64,000 nt of DNA, from contig OZ176056.1 in assembly GCA_964247055.1 (NCBI GenBank), forward strand, positions 2,418,001 through 2,482,000, written 5' to 3'. Origin of the DNA: Paragordius varius. Lineage: Eukaryota; Animalia; Nematomorpha. This document shows positions 23,601 through 36,201 of the stretch, one piece after another. The position numbers and the translations under genes are program-made. Numbering within the stretch: the stretch's first letter is position 1; each line of letters opens with the position of its first letter. The notes beneath the pieces were generated by a model that saw nothing but the letters and a program-made list of their open reading frames with translations, was not told where the DNA came from and searched no databases.

Positions 23601-24417
23601 TTATTTTTTATATCATTTTGAGCTTACTAAATAAGGAATAAGTTATATAAATTGATGATGACTTAATTTTATAGGTATAATGCAAGGAAATATGTTGTAT
23701 TGTAAAAATAATTATGATTGATAAATATGTTTTTTTGAAACATTTACCCCGTAAAAATTAAATTGTAACTTTTTTATTTCTTTTCATTTTTTTGACTTAG
23801 AACATCCCTCTTTCAAAAATAATTTTCCGCCTTCTACCTGTTCTGATTCCATTAATGAAGTAAAAAATTTACCACCCTTTGTTAATTGCTCGTCTACGAT
23901 AACGCTTAAAAAGGGTTGCGAATCAGTACAAAAATACCCCAATAATACTTGTATGTATATAGATTTGGAGAATGTTTCGAATTCAAATTCACTCAATGAT
24001 TTTGAAAGCGTTAATGAACAGCAAAGGTATCACAAATTTGAATCCTTAAAACAAATGTATGAAAATCAACAACAAACTTTTTCAAATTCAAATACATCTC
24101 CTGTAACGTTAAAATCTCCAGGACCCAATAAAAATGGCATAAAAAACAGTTTTAACAACGCAAACCATGTCACTTATAATAATAATAGAAATTCTATGGT
24201 TATTTTACAATCAGATTCATTACGAAATCAAGAAAATTTGCAAGCAATTATTAATGACAACAAAAATATTAATGCAAATTCAAATGCGACTAATTCTTTG
24301 AACCGTCGAAATCCAACATTTAATAATAATTCTAATAATAATTCTGATATAAATTCAATGTCCACCCCATTGTATAGCCAAGTGGTTAAAAAACCACCCT
24401 TACCAGCCCAACATTAA
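14102..24417 (+). CDS. Dok: Dok-family docking protein: N-terminal PH domain, IRS-type PTB domain, long Asn/Ser-rich Tyr-motif tail, about 1038 aa
   Basis: Exons 14102-14167, 14196-14643, 14720-15034, 15794-15935, 18489-18901, 19289-19381, 19969-20436, 21480-21794, 22253-22375, 23151-23267, 23801-24417 (3117 nt, phases all consistent). PH: VYKSGYL...KTWQRKWFVL...[44 protein letters not shown]. Confidence 0.85.
17585..17644. repeat. (TA)n microsatellite, about 60 bp
   Basis: Uninterrupted TA run. Shorter runs occur near 10885, 21075, 24600, 47110 and 63055. Confidence 0.95.
18125..18454. mobile_element. MITE family A copy just upstream of Dok exon 5
   Basis: AATTCACCC left arm; right arm of GGGTGAATTTGAATTGTT units ending GTAAATGGTATA. 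Confidence 0.75.
20463..20714. mobile_element. MITE family A copy just downstream of Dok exon 7
   Basis: CATTTACAGTTCAAATTCACCC ... GGGTGAATTTGAATTGTAAATG. Confidence 0.75.
21237..21416. mobile_element. MITE family A copy upstream of Dok exon 8
   Basis: TA-flanked inverted termini TACCATTTAC / GTAAATGGTA. Confidence 0.75.
22480..22718. repeat. Long fold-back (MITE-like hairpin) in Dok intron 9
   Basis: TACAGTCATG(T)GTCCTTTATTTT... pairs with ...AAAATAAAGGATACATGACTGTA over about 100-nt arms. Confidence 0.7.
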
Positions 24418-26282
24418 ATTCAATGAATTTTCAAAGGAAAATATGCTAAAATCGCCAAATTTGAATTTTTGCATCTGAAAAAATCTTGAACTAAATTTTC
24501 ATTAGGTATTTTATTGGAAATTTATGTGTAATTTATTATTTGGCGCTATAACAACTCTATAAGTATTTACTTGATATTCTCTGTATCTATCCGCATTTAT
24601 ATATATATATATATATATATAACAAAGGCAATCTCATTTTGATATGATATATGTTTAAATTTTTAGATTACTCTACCTATAACTTATTGATATTTTTACG
24701 AATTTTAGAAAATTTATATTTTATATTCCACCATTTATGCCAAATATATCTATGCATTATTTATTAATCATGGAATTTGAATTTGCGTATTACACTCAAA
24801 TATATTTTGATTTATTTAATTAAATAATAAATAAATTTTTATTATTTCTTGAGCTTTGGGTATTTGGTGAATAACAGGTGACACGGCTTTATAAAGGCTA
24901 GAATTACAACAAATGTTAATATTTGGTTCTAGAAGCGGTTCTATTTTTAAAAATCTTTCAATTTTCTACATAAATCATCGTAGGTACAATGTGGGATATT
25001 GGTTTATTTTTATATGAATTTTAACTAAAATTTAAAGTTTTTTATTGATTTTTTGTTTTATTGATAAAATAATAATTATTTTTTTTATGTACAGGCAGTG
25101 TATTATATAATAATTGCTGGATACTTTATTCCAAAAATAATGCCATAAACTACTAAAAAGGAAAATTTAAGTTATTATGAATTTTAATTTTAAGGTAGAA
25201 TCCAAAATTTTCTCCTCTAAAATAGGCTGTTCTCTTTAAGCAAACGCATTAATGCTGAGATGCGCGAAAAAATTCTGATATATACTAGACTAGATTATCA
25301 TATCAAAATATATAATTTTTTATAAAAAAGTATGTTTTGTAAAATTATTTTTTTTAATTTTGTTTTGGCCTATTATTTATATTTGGCCATTACTATGAAA
25401 ATTTCGATGATGCTGAACATTTCTATCACATATTGCGAAAAAAGATTTTTCAGTCTTTGCATTCTAGTATTTGCGGAAAACAAATTTATTTATTTACAAT
25501 TTATTAGGGCTTCAAACCCTAAAGACCTTCTGAGGACAAATCCTTGTGATTAAAAAAACCATTTACAATTGATCTGATATACATTTATCAAATACAGAAA
25601 AAACTAAAATATACGGACAAACGAAAAAATAAGGATAAATAATCCTTTAAAAAAGACGACTGTACTTAATTAAACTTGGTTTTTTTAATATAATTCATTC
25701 TTTAAATGCAAATTATGAAAAGAGATATAATTGGTACACAATCAATTATTATATATTTTACGATTGTGATTCAATCATTTATACAGGAAAAAATAAGTTA
25801 GAAATATGTTGTCTTTTGAAAAAAAAAAGAATTGTCTTTTACTCTGTATGTCTTTTATGTATAATTTCATAGCAATAATGAAGATGCCAATATCAAAAAG
25901 ACTTATCCAAAATTTACCAAATTTATTATATACCTTTACCAACATTATGAAACTATTTGAGTCATTCTATGTTAATAAATATAACATTTATTTTATATAA
26001 ATAATTATCATAAAAAATAATTGAATACATAAATGAATGTTAGAATGTTTGGGCAATTTTAAATATTACAAATAAATATTGTGTTTTGCAAAGCATCAGT
26101 AAAATAAAAAGTTGCATATATGATCTATATATTTATAAAAATAAATAATCAATTGATTCTAATTTTCTGTATTTGGTTTTAGTAATCATGAAATTTTAGC
26201 CCATAACCCTAAATCAATAAATTTTGACAGTTACTGTTTGCGGTCATATTTTTTATAAGTTATTCCATTTCTCACCATAATA

Positions 26283-26576
26283 TACCATTTACAATTCAAA
26301 TTCACCATTGAAAATTCAAATTCACCCAACGATTCAAAATCACCCTGAACAATTCGAATTCACCCTAAAAAATTATGTATTTTCGGGCTAATATAACTCA
26401 TCATTAATAAAAAATATATTCTTATGGCATAAATTATTATTTTTTTAGTATTATGTTAGTTTTAAACGAAATTCTATTTTTTACAAATATAAAAAAAGAC
26501 ATAATTCATTTTAGGGTGAATTCAAATTGTTCGAGGGATTCGAATTGTTCAACAGTGAATTTGATCTGTAATGGTA
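26283..26576. mobile_element. MITE family A copy about 75 nt 3' of the CBR-like stop codon (probable 3' UTR)
   Basis: TACCATTTACAATTCAAATTCACC ... GTAATGGTA, with 21-nt subrepeats. Confidence 0.8.
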
Positions 26577-26652
26577 TATATGTTGCGATGTTTAAATGCA
26601 CAATGTATTGCAGTTTAAAGTTTGGGGTGCCGAAACATTTTACTAGCCGTTT

Positions 26653-29600
26653 TTATATAATCCATTTTTTGATACGTTTTTGGAACAAAAACCTACCTGC
26701 TGGTATATCAGCAAGTGAATTGGATGCGTGGTCTTTTGTGTTTAGCAGCAACCAACTTTTAGGGGGTAAAAGTGCCAAGTATACAGCTGTTTCAGCTCCA
26801 TCTTTGGGCTCAACCCAACCCTTAAAACCGGATAATTCACTTCGTAGGTAACCGGGGCAACAACTGTTTGCAACGATACCTTTGGTAGCAAATTCACGAT
26901 CAATAATGTGGGTTTGAATTAAAGCCGTTAGCACGGTTACACCCATTTTACTTACACTGTAATGCGTTCCGTTCCAACCCAGTTTAGTTTTGGTCCCAGT
27001 CTCTATGGCCTCAACATATTCCTTCATAAGTCGAGCAATATCATCGGGATGAGATAACGCGTTTGTAGTTTTATTAAAGGTGTCGTCTGCATTGATAGGA
27101 ACTTGCGATTTTTGTTGTTCACCATTCTCTTTGCCCCCAAAGAAATCAAGATTAAAGTATGTGGAAGAAAACCACGTTGATTTCGGAGCTGACTGTGATT
27201 GATCGGATTCAGATATCTCTAAAGAATGGCCATTAGATAAAACATCTTCATTAGTTTGAGATTTGGAATAAGGGGGTGGTGTCTCGTTATTAACTATGTC
27301 ACAAAGAATTTTCTGGAGTTCAGGGTCGCGTGTATTCCTATGACTACCGGCCGAACAAGTTACGTTAACTATGCGACCATCCTGTTTTAGCAATGGAATA
27401 AGGGAACAGCTAAGGTAATACGTACCCCAAAAATTAATTTTCATGGTTTGTTCGGCGATTTCTGGTTCGGTTACATGTGGAAGTAAGACATCATCTCTTA
27501 TACTGCTCCCATTTGATGACATGATTTCATCCGCATTACTTTGTCTATCTAGCTCATCAGCTGTTTCGGATATTTGACCCAGGTAGCTTAAAGGCGTGAC
27601 TCTATAATTGTCAGCATTGTTGGTTGCGTTGTTAAAATAAGGGTAGTCTGCTGTTGTTGGTGAGCTATGATGACCATTGATTGAATCTCTCCGATAACTC
27701 CGCCGTCCACTAATTCTCCTATTTAAGGTAAGGCTGTAATTACGGTTCCCATCATTGGATAAATCATTGTTGACATATGAAAAACTGGAAGAATGACTTA
27801 AGTTGCCATTCGCCCTAGTGCCAAACAAATTGTTTTGAGATGCGGCGGCGGCGTGAGATGAATGTCTACGCATATTGTTACCCATGTTCTCCAAACACAC
27901 GGCCGCATTATTGATTAGAATATCAAGACCACCAAACTTTTTTAGGATAAAGTATTCAAGTTGTCGGATTGATTCCCTTTCCTCCAACCGGAGTTGTCGA
28001 TGATGTAAATTGATTTGTGGTAAAAAACTTATGGATGTTTTGGATCGACCACGTCCCATTGAAGCTATTCGCATCATATCTTTAATTTCTGTCAATATTT
28101 CAGGTATAAAGCTATCATCTTCACTCGTGGATGTTAGAATTAAATCTAGGGTTATTGGTGAAGCTTTAACCCTTTTCTCCTTTTGCTGTTCTTCTGTATT
28201 GTCGTTTGTAATATCGAGTGGTGTTATACTTTCATTAACTAACGCAGAATAATTTTCCTGGCTAAGATCCGCCTCTATAAAGCATTGGCATAATCTGAGA
28301 GCTATAGCGTGTCCCAGACCCCGGCTTGCCCCAGTGATTAGTGCTATGAACTGTGTCCTTCCGTAAGGAATTAATTTTGGCGTATCCTTACTGTAAGCTG
28401 TGCCCTTTCTGAGCCCATACGATAAGGAATTAGGGTCAGTAACGGAACTTTTGAAATTTCCTTCTTCATCCCTTTTCCCCATCATGATTTCACGGTAAAG
28501 GGCATGTGGTTTTCCAGTTTCAACTAACCGTTTAATGCGTTCGATTTCAGCATTTTCCTGCTCAAACAATTGGTTCATGGCTGATATAGCCTTAGGGGAA
28601 ATGTAAGAATTTTGTTCCTTGTGATGTTCCAGCTCTGGAGATTTTCGTAATTGAGCTTTACTTGTAGAATACGATGATGACGTATTAAAACTTTTGTCAG
28701 GTGATTTTAGCGCCTCAAACGTAGGGTTAGTTTTAATGGTAGGACTAGAGAATGTTTCAATTTCTGAATTAATAATTTGATCATTACCCTTTTGGTAACC
28801 GTTTTTGACAATCGATTCCCTGTTCAAAGATTCGTTACCGTTATCCTCGTTAACTGGGTCTAACGTTAAATTTTTCATCTTTAATATATTACCATTGCTA
28901 TTATGATTTAAACTATTTTCGGATAAATGTGTTTTTCTTACCAAGAGACCTCCTTGTGGCGCATTACTATTCGAATTAAAAAATCTTTTATTGTTAACAA
29001 TATTGTTGCCCGAATTCGTTTTATATACATAATTTTCGTTATTTTCCCTCTCAAGCTCATGATATCGTGTTAAAAGTTCATTTCTATCATTATTTTCTTT
29101 AAGTACTTTTATGTCCGTAGAAACTATGGAGGAAACATTATTGGTGTTTGATGGTGATTCTTGGGTACTTTTAACTTTTGACCATAGGGTAACCGCATCA
29201 GGCCCATTGTGTTTTTCATTGCCGTTTTGAGATCTTTCAGTTTGTTGTTGAGCGTTACTGCTTTTGTTCGAATTGGTTGAGGGTAATTTTTCTAAAAGTA
29301 GTGTAGAAAAACTTTTTTTCTTGACTGGGCTTATATTGCTTAAAATTTGTGGATTTTCCAAGGCTTCATCTATGTTAACTTCCTTACCAAAATTATTTTG
29401 GGGGTCAAAGGAATTCTCAATTTTAGTATCAAATACCATTGTTACATTATTCTCAGTCGTTTTTGAGTGTTGGGGTGCAGACGAATTTTTTTTAGCAAAC
29501 ATGGCGGCATTATTACGTTTAAAGGGCATAGCTAATGTTTGAATTTTATTGTTATTAGTTTGTTCAATATTATCAGGTAATTGATTATTATTATTAGTTA

Positions 29601-31024
29601 AATTTTTATTTTTGATGCTAACAAAATTAACAAAAGATTGTTTGGCATTGAATGATTCTCTCAAAGCTTTAACTCTACTACCATCCGTAGTACAATTTAT
29701 TTTTTCAACGTTTTTTGTGGCTACAATTTCAGAATTCGCTCCAGGAATATTATTAACCGTTTTTTCATTAACAGAGTTTATGTCGTTATTTTTCGAATCA
29801 GTTAAAACTGCATTGCTAGATATGGAATTTGCAATAGTAGGTGTTTTAAATTGTTCACCAAAATGATTCTGACGTGTTGATTTAAATAAAAATGGATTTG
29901 TTTCGATTTTCTTTGCTTTTATAGTGTCGTCGTTTTTGTCACATAATGTTGCATTTTTTTCATCATTTTGATAATCATTAGTTATGCGAATATTTTTATT
30001 ATTCTTTTTTTCTAAGGCAAAATCATTTATATCATCCTCCTTGTTTTGACGTGCTTCCTTATTTATATTTTTACTTTTTATAATATTAGTTGTCACCACA
30101 TTATTATTAATAAGCTTTGCTCCATTTTCATATTGATTTTTATCGCTATCAACATTGCCATTGCCATTTATAATAATAATATTTTCATTCTGCATATTAA
30201 TATTATCATTTTGCATATTGAAATTTTTTAATGGGCTGGAATTACTACATTTTTCTTGCATAATTTTTTGTGTGTGATTCGCTATAAGTTGCGAAACTTT
30301 ATTTATATTTTTATTATTTTTGTTTGCAACATTGTTAACTTCTAAAGTCGCAGTACCATTATTAATTTTAGCGATTGGTTCATTTTGATAAATTTCAGCA
30401 ATAATACTTTTTGACGGCGGCTCAAAAGACGTGGTTGCTATTGAGTGATTATTGTTTTGATTTATTTTTTTGCGGTTAAAAAAATTAGTTTCAGAATGGC
30501 CATTTACTGAATTTGGGGTAGTATGCCCATTTTCCGGGTGAAATTTTTCATTATTTTGTTCAGCAACTAAGTAATTTTGTGGTGAAAATTTTTTCATAGT
30601 ATAGTAATGATTATTTTTAGTTGATTCCATTATGCTTTCGGGTTTTTGCCCGTTAACACTAAGTTGATTAGATGAGTTACTTAGAATATCTTTACTTTTT
30701 ACGGATTGTTCAAATTTTGGAAAATTTAAGGTAACCGAATTTTGATGTGAATTTGGATAATTTTTGTTTTTTGCAACGTTTTTATGATCACAAAAATTGG
30801 GATTGGCGTTATTGAATGAAAACGTATGATGTAGTTTACTATTGTTATTAGTAATTTTATCGATAGGATTATATAAAAGTGATATTGAGTCCCCAACTTT
30901 TTCGTTTGACTTGATCTCAGAAATATCTTGTTTTTTAGATTCTTTCTTTAGATCTAGTAAATTCCCATTTTCGTTAGTTTTGGATTCTTCTGACTGCCGA
31001 TCTTTGTTTGAATTCAGAACGTTT
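26653..31024 (-). CDS. Giant 4372-nt terminal exon: about 890 aa Asn/Ser/Lys-rich low-complexity region followed by a carbonyl reductase (CBR1-like, classical SDR) domain with large insertions
   Basis: The frame stays open 5' of the listed ATG (30630) up to an AG acceptor at 31025-31026. SDR motifs: ALITGASRGLGHAI (about 28313-28350), FGGLDILINNAA, TMKINFWGT, GRIVNV, YSVSKMGVTVL, NSCCPG, GAETAVYLALLP. Confidence 0.9.
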
Positions 31025-31932
31025 CTATTTTTGTAAAATAATTTAGAATTACAAGGGAAACATATAAAGAAGTTAGACAGACAAAACGTAAAAATAAAAA
31101 GACAATTTTTTCAAAAGACCGCTATATTGTTTAAACTTGAAATTATTGTTTTTATACTGTAAACTATGAATTAGAGATGTAAATTAGAACCAAAATCAAT
31201 TATATTTTTTACATTTGTTAAGCTTATATAGGAAAAATTATAGTTTAAAAAAGTATGGTGTTGTCTTTTCATTTTCATGTTTAGTCTGTATAATTTCAAT
31301 ACTTACTGTAATTAATCATTTTTTAGGGAACAATATCTAAAATTTAAAATTTAAATTTTTTCTTTTATTAATTTTAATTAACCAAATTTTTTGGGCAAAA
31401 TATCTACCTTTTTCCAAGCCAAAACATAAGAAGAATATTAGATAAATACAAAAATATGTATTGGTTTTTGATAAAAAAACCACTTGTAACAAATAAATAT
31501 TTACAAAAAAAGTTCATTCAAATAATATGTTTTTTATTTTAGAAAATATTATTTTTCATGTTTTTGGTTAAAAATATTAATATATTAATTTTTGTAAACA
31601 AAATTTTTTTGCATAATAATTATTTATTTATAGGTATGTCCTTTAAAATATATTTTTCCATTAACTTATTTGGTTAATGCAAATTCCTCCCATTTATATA
31701 TGAATAATAATTATATAATTTACTATTGTTTTTATGGCTAAAAATAAATTTTTTTACTTTTTTTTGTTTATTATCAGCTGTGTAAATAAAATATTAAACT
31801 GAAAAAAGCTTTCTATTTTCAAAAAGTTTTCCAATTAATTAATTTGGAAAATTTTTATATATTTTTAGCTTTTTTTATAATTATAAAATTATTTTTAAAA
31901 TTTTTTTTTAAATAATTTGTTTTAAAACTTAC

Positions 31933-31994
31933 TCTTCTATCCGATCAAAGAGATTGGCATAATAGTTGAGAAACGATTTCGCAAAATGACTTAC
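31933..31994 (-). CDS. 62-nt internal coding exon of the CBR-like gene (VSHFAKSFLNYYANLFDRIEE)
   Basis: Acceptor TTTGCATCGCAG and donor GA|GTAAGT. Open frame; its phase 2 end matches the giant exon. Confidence 0.6.
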
Positions 31995-32869
31995 CTGCGA
32001 TGCAAATAAATAAATATAATTGTTTTTTAATTTAGAAAATTATTTTGATTAAATAAACTTATATATATATATATATATTAAAAATATTTATAAAAAATTA
32101 TTAAAAATATTGCTTGCAAAAAATATGAAAATTACAAATAAGTTTTGTCCTTCATATTTTGCGCAAAACTAAATGAGTGGTGGTGTGGTATGATAAAATA
32201 AATGTTTTTGGTATTGTTTATAAATATTTTTTTAATCTATTTGGTCATTATATACTTTTTTTTCGTAAAAATATTGAAAAAAATGTAAAATGTTGGTTTA
32301 GGTTAAAGAGGTTGTTTGATATTAATTTTGTAATATATGTTTGCGCAAAGCATAAGCAATATTATATTTGCACCTGAATAAAATTTCTAGAAAATGGGTA
32401 GAGGCTAATTTAAATTAAATTTTTATTTTTTACATTTTTAAATTTAACTTATGGTGCTATAAATTGGTATGAATTTAACGACGCTTAAAAGGATGGAATT
32501 GTTGAAATAATGTTAATATTAAAAAGATTTTCCATTGTACTAATTAACCCCCAAGAAATCGCGATTTGGGGCTCGCAAGACCCTTTGATTACTCGATATT
32601 GTAAATGAGTCATGAATAATTCGGTTTTTCTATTTTTTTGAGATTTTTGAAATTTTTGTAAGCCATAAAATTGTAGGCTCAAAATATTTCCAACTCATAT
32701 CAAATTTTTAGTACGACGTTTCAGATATTTAAACCATAGAGTCGGCTTATCACAGAAATAATTGGAAATGTCATTCATATGACCCTTAATTTTATTGGCG
32801 CCCCTGCAAGGGAAGTATTTACTCTAGCTTTACCATTGTAAAAGAATAAAAGATTATGAATTGATCTTA

Positions 32870-33800
32870 AGTCCCATTGTAGGTTCTCTACCGTTTTTTG
32901 ATAAAAAAATGTGATTTTGAAAGAAAATTAATTTTTTAAAATATTGTCCATCGACTTCTACACTTCGCCACCTCATGAATGCCAGAAAACTGATGTCTTT
33001 AGCGGTAAGCCACTGGTAAAGCCCTTAATGCCTTCCAAATCATTAAACTGCTGCTCTGCTAAGGTGTCTTCTATTAATGCGAGGATGAATTAGATTGACG
33101 GCAGGTAAGGCGATTTCAGCGGATGGGAAAGAATTTCCCATCTAAGACAAGGTTTTACTGTAAAGTGTGAAGCTGAGTGTCATTTAGAATAACTTTGTAT
33201 CATTTTTCTAGGCCATTCCGGTATTTGTTGGGGATTGCCTTGTGTATTAACAGTTTCACCGGGTTTTAAAAGTTATTATTATACAATACCGCCCTGGGTC
33301 CAACAGACACAGAGTGTGTTCTTGCGGAAGCGATTTCGTTTTGGTTTTGACTGATCAGCTAAGGTAAGATTGACCATTTTTCCGTTTTGATTACAACCAC
33401 TTATCACCACCCGCCGAAATTCGCTAAATTTCCTTTCGCGATGATGAAGTGGCATCTCACAATTTACTTTGCGATTTTCGATCAGACGTTCATTAAAATT
33501 GTCGGAATCATTTACTGATTCGTATTTTTATTGCTCTTAGACATATAATAATTGCTTTCGGCCTTTTTTAGATGAATTCAGAAAAGCTCTTCGTGCCCAT
33601 ATGTTCTTTCGATTATTAAATAATGAAAATGAGACAGTACCATAGACCAAATTGTGTGCATTTGTAGTTTAAAGTCAGGTGAACAAAATGGAGACTATCG
33701 AAAAATCGTCTGCATAATATTCGCTGACGTCTTCTCTTAGATAAACCGGTAATAACTTATAAGCCCAAAATTTTTTAGTACCATTTCAACCAAAAATATT
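32870..33800 (-). mobile_element. Decayed mariner (Tc1/mariner, DD34D-type) transposase in an intron of the CBR-like gene
   Basis: Minus-strand remnants CVCWTQGGIVY...KPGETVNT (about 33260-33312), WEILSHPLKSP (WEVLPHPPYSP-like, about 33110-33141), LAEQQF and terminal DGQYF (about 32940), with stops and frameshifts. Confidence 0.8.
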
Positions 33801-33902
33801 CATCGTTCAAAACTACTTTACAATTTCAATTTATAAAGACATTGCCTTAAAAATAAAATTTGTTCCAAAAATAATTTATAGTTTACAATAATTATTATTA
33901 AC

Positions 33903-34160
33903 CTTTGGCATAGCTGGAATAGAAGTTGGAAATTTAAAATAGGTTGATGACACCCAAAACCAACGCGAAAACAATCGATAAGGTATAAGTAAAAGGGCAA
34001 AAAATATATTATTGACAATTTTTTTCTTCTTATTATCATATTCATAATTATTTTTGTCGATATTGATTGGTTGGTAGTATACCCACAAACCATTTTGTTT
34101 TATAATTTTTTGGAGTTTGTTTTCTCGTTTAAAATTATTATTGCTTTTATTTTTAGTCAT
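33903..34160 (-). CDS. Putative first coding exon of the CBR-like gene (MTKNK...IFFALLLIPYRLFSRWFWV...AMPK), with a hydrophobic segment
   Basis: ATG at 34160, 86 open codons, donor AAG|GTTAAT in phase 0 matching the 62-nt exon. Start assignment is uncertain; an 11-nt microexon from the CAG acceptor just before 33913 is an alternative. Confidence 0.35.
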
Positions 34161-36014
34161 TATACCATTATAGTGTGGTTGCCATATCCTTTGTTTGTTC
34201 AATTTGTTTTGTTTTTATTTGTTCATTTTTGGATATGTTGAAACTTAAATTAACAGAGTTCAAATTTAAGGGTATAATTAAACTATTTACCACTCAAATA
34301 ATTTGTTTTGATATCTTTATAATTTTGGAGTTTATTGATAAATAGCCGTGAATTCGTATGATATAAGAATCGTAATAAAAATATTTTAAAAATATTTAAA
34401 ATTTTAGATATAATTTTTTTAAAGAACATTTTTATATAATGTGTTAATTGTTTTTATTTATCTATCAATAATTTTTGTTATCAATCAATTTTCGGTTTTG
34501 TTTTACCAAATTATGTTTAGATAAAATTTGATATGTGAAATTGCTTACAGCCATATATTGAAAACAAGCTAATCTTTTTAATATATTTTATAATTTATAT
34601 AAATTAATATATCATTTTATACTTTTATCTATAATCAAAATTGTTTTAATAATTACTGTAATTTCGGACAGATTTCATTTACATTCAATGGAAAAATTTA
34701 TTTCAAAATTTTATATACATAGTGTGTCATATATTGATGCCTTTCTTAAGACTTAAATTTGGAAATTGTTAATGATAAACTTTATTAAGAAATCAAAAAT
34801 AAACAAACAAATGATTGAATATAGTTTTGGATAACCTTAACATTCCATAATCTTTTGGGGTAGTTTCATATTTAAGAGTATTTAAAATTTGAGTATCGCA
34901 AAAAGTTTTTAAAGTATTTAGCCGAATTCAAAATATGCTTTAGCTTTTTCGGCGTATTATACAAAAAAATTTCTACAAAAATGTAAAATTTTAAAAAGTT
35001 CCGCATCTCAAACTTTTTTGCCACCATTTTATTATAAAAATCGCTGTAACCGTCAAATAATTGTATTTTTTGGTTAGAAAAAATATAAACAAGAAATTTT
35101 AACACCTTTTAGGCTATATTTTACCAAATAAACTTTTATGTTTTGGTTTTAATATCAGCAGCTACCAATAGCGTTTTGGACCTGTCCTAATTTTAGTCTC
35201 TAGAAGTCATAAAACCGAAAAAATATAAGCTTTTTATCTATAGAACAATTGATGATTAAATTTTACAAAATAACTTTCAAAATGTAGTTTATTTATGAAA
35301 TGCTTTGGGTTTTTTAACTACCCCAAAAGGTAAACTAGGTCAAAAAAGTTAAAAGGTTATAAAGTTAAAAACATATAATATTATATTATAAAAATAAATG
35401 CTAGTCATCAGTTTATAACGGTCAGATGGTGTAAACAAAGGTTAATTATTATCATATCTGAAGCCACCAAAATTATCCGCAAACTGCTTAGCTCCTGTAA
35501 TTAATATATGAAAAATTTATTTAGAAGGTTGAAATAAAGTTTTTGTTACACCATATCTAAAAATCTCATGAGCGATCCCAACTGCAAACAGAAGTCGTAG
35601 ATCGATTTTTAAGTTTCTTAAACTGATTCTGATAAGATATTTCCTAGTGATCCCAGGATTGCACCCCTATATAGTGTCCCTTCTTTTTACAAATTAAAAA
35701 ATACATTGCCTTACATTAAATATCACTCTCACATTACAGCGGACATATTTCCTATGTCCATAAAGTGATTAAATAATTATTTAAATTATACGCATTAAAT
35801 GTAAGTATTTTGAAGAGGATTATTCCATGCAAACGAAAAAATAAAATGGGTTTTTTGATCAAAAAACCATAAATCTGATTTCCAATGAAGGCAGTAAAAC
35901 ATATTGATGATATTTGAACACAAAAAAATTAAAAAAAAACAAATTATTTTCTAACCTCCCATTCAAGTAATATCACACCAGTAAATATTGGCCATAGAAA
36001 ATAATATTTTGTTT

Positions 36015-36201
36015 TACAGTATGAGTAAGTATACATTGCTAGAAAGTTATTAATTATTGCCAAATAGTAAATACAACAAAGGGCAGCATTATTGGCTTCT
36101 AGTTTTATACACTTTTTACTATAATTAGCCAATAATGCTGCCCTTTGTTGTATATAATTGGCAATTATTAATAACTTTCTAGTATACATACTCACACTGT
36201 A
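36015..36201. repeat. Hairpin MITE (TACAGT...ACTGTA termini)
   Basis: Arms include GCTAGAAAGTTATTAA/TTAATAACTTTCTAG and CAACAAAGGGCAGCATTATTGGCT/AGCCAATAATGCTGCCCTTTGTTG. Confidence 0.75.

Noticed and set aside
28010-30231. Plus-strand ORFs antisense to the giant CBR-like exon (28010, 29264, 29612, 30046), and similar antisense ORFs over OAT, Dok and the LINEs
   Set aside because: Shadow ORFs from codon bias of the real opposite-strand frame.
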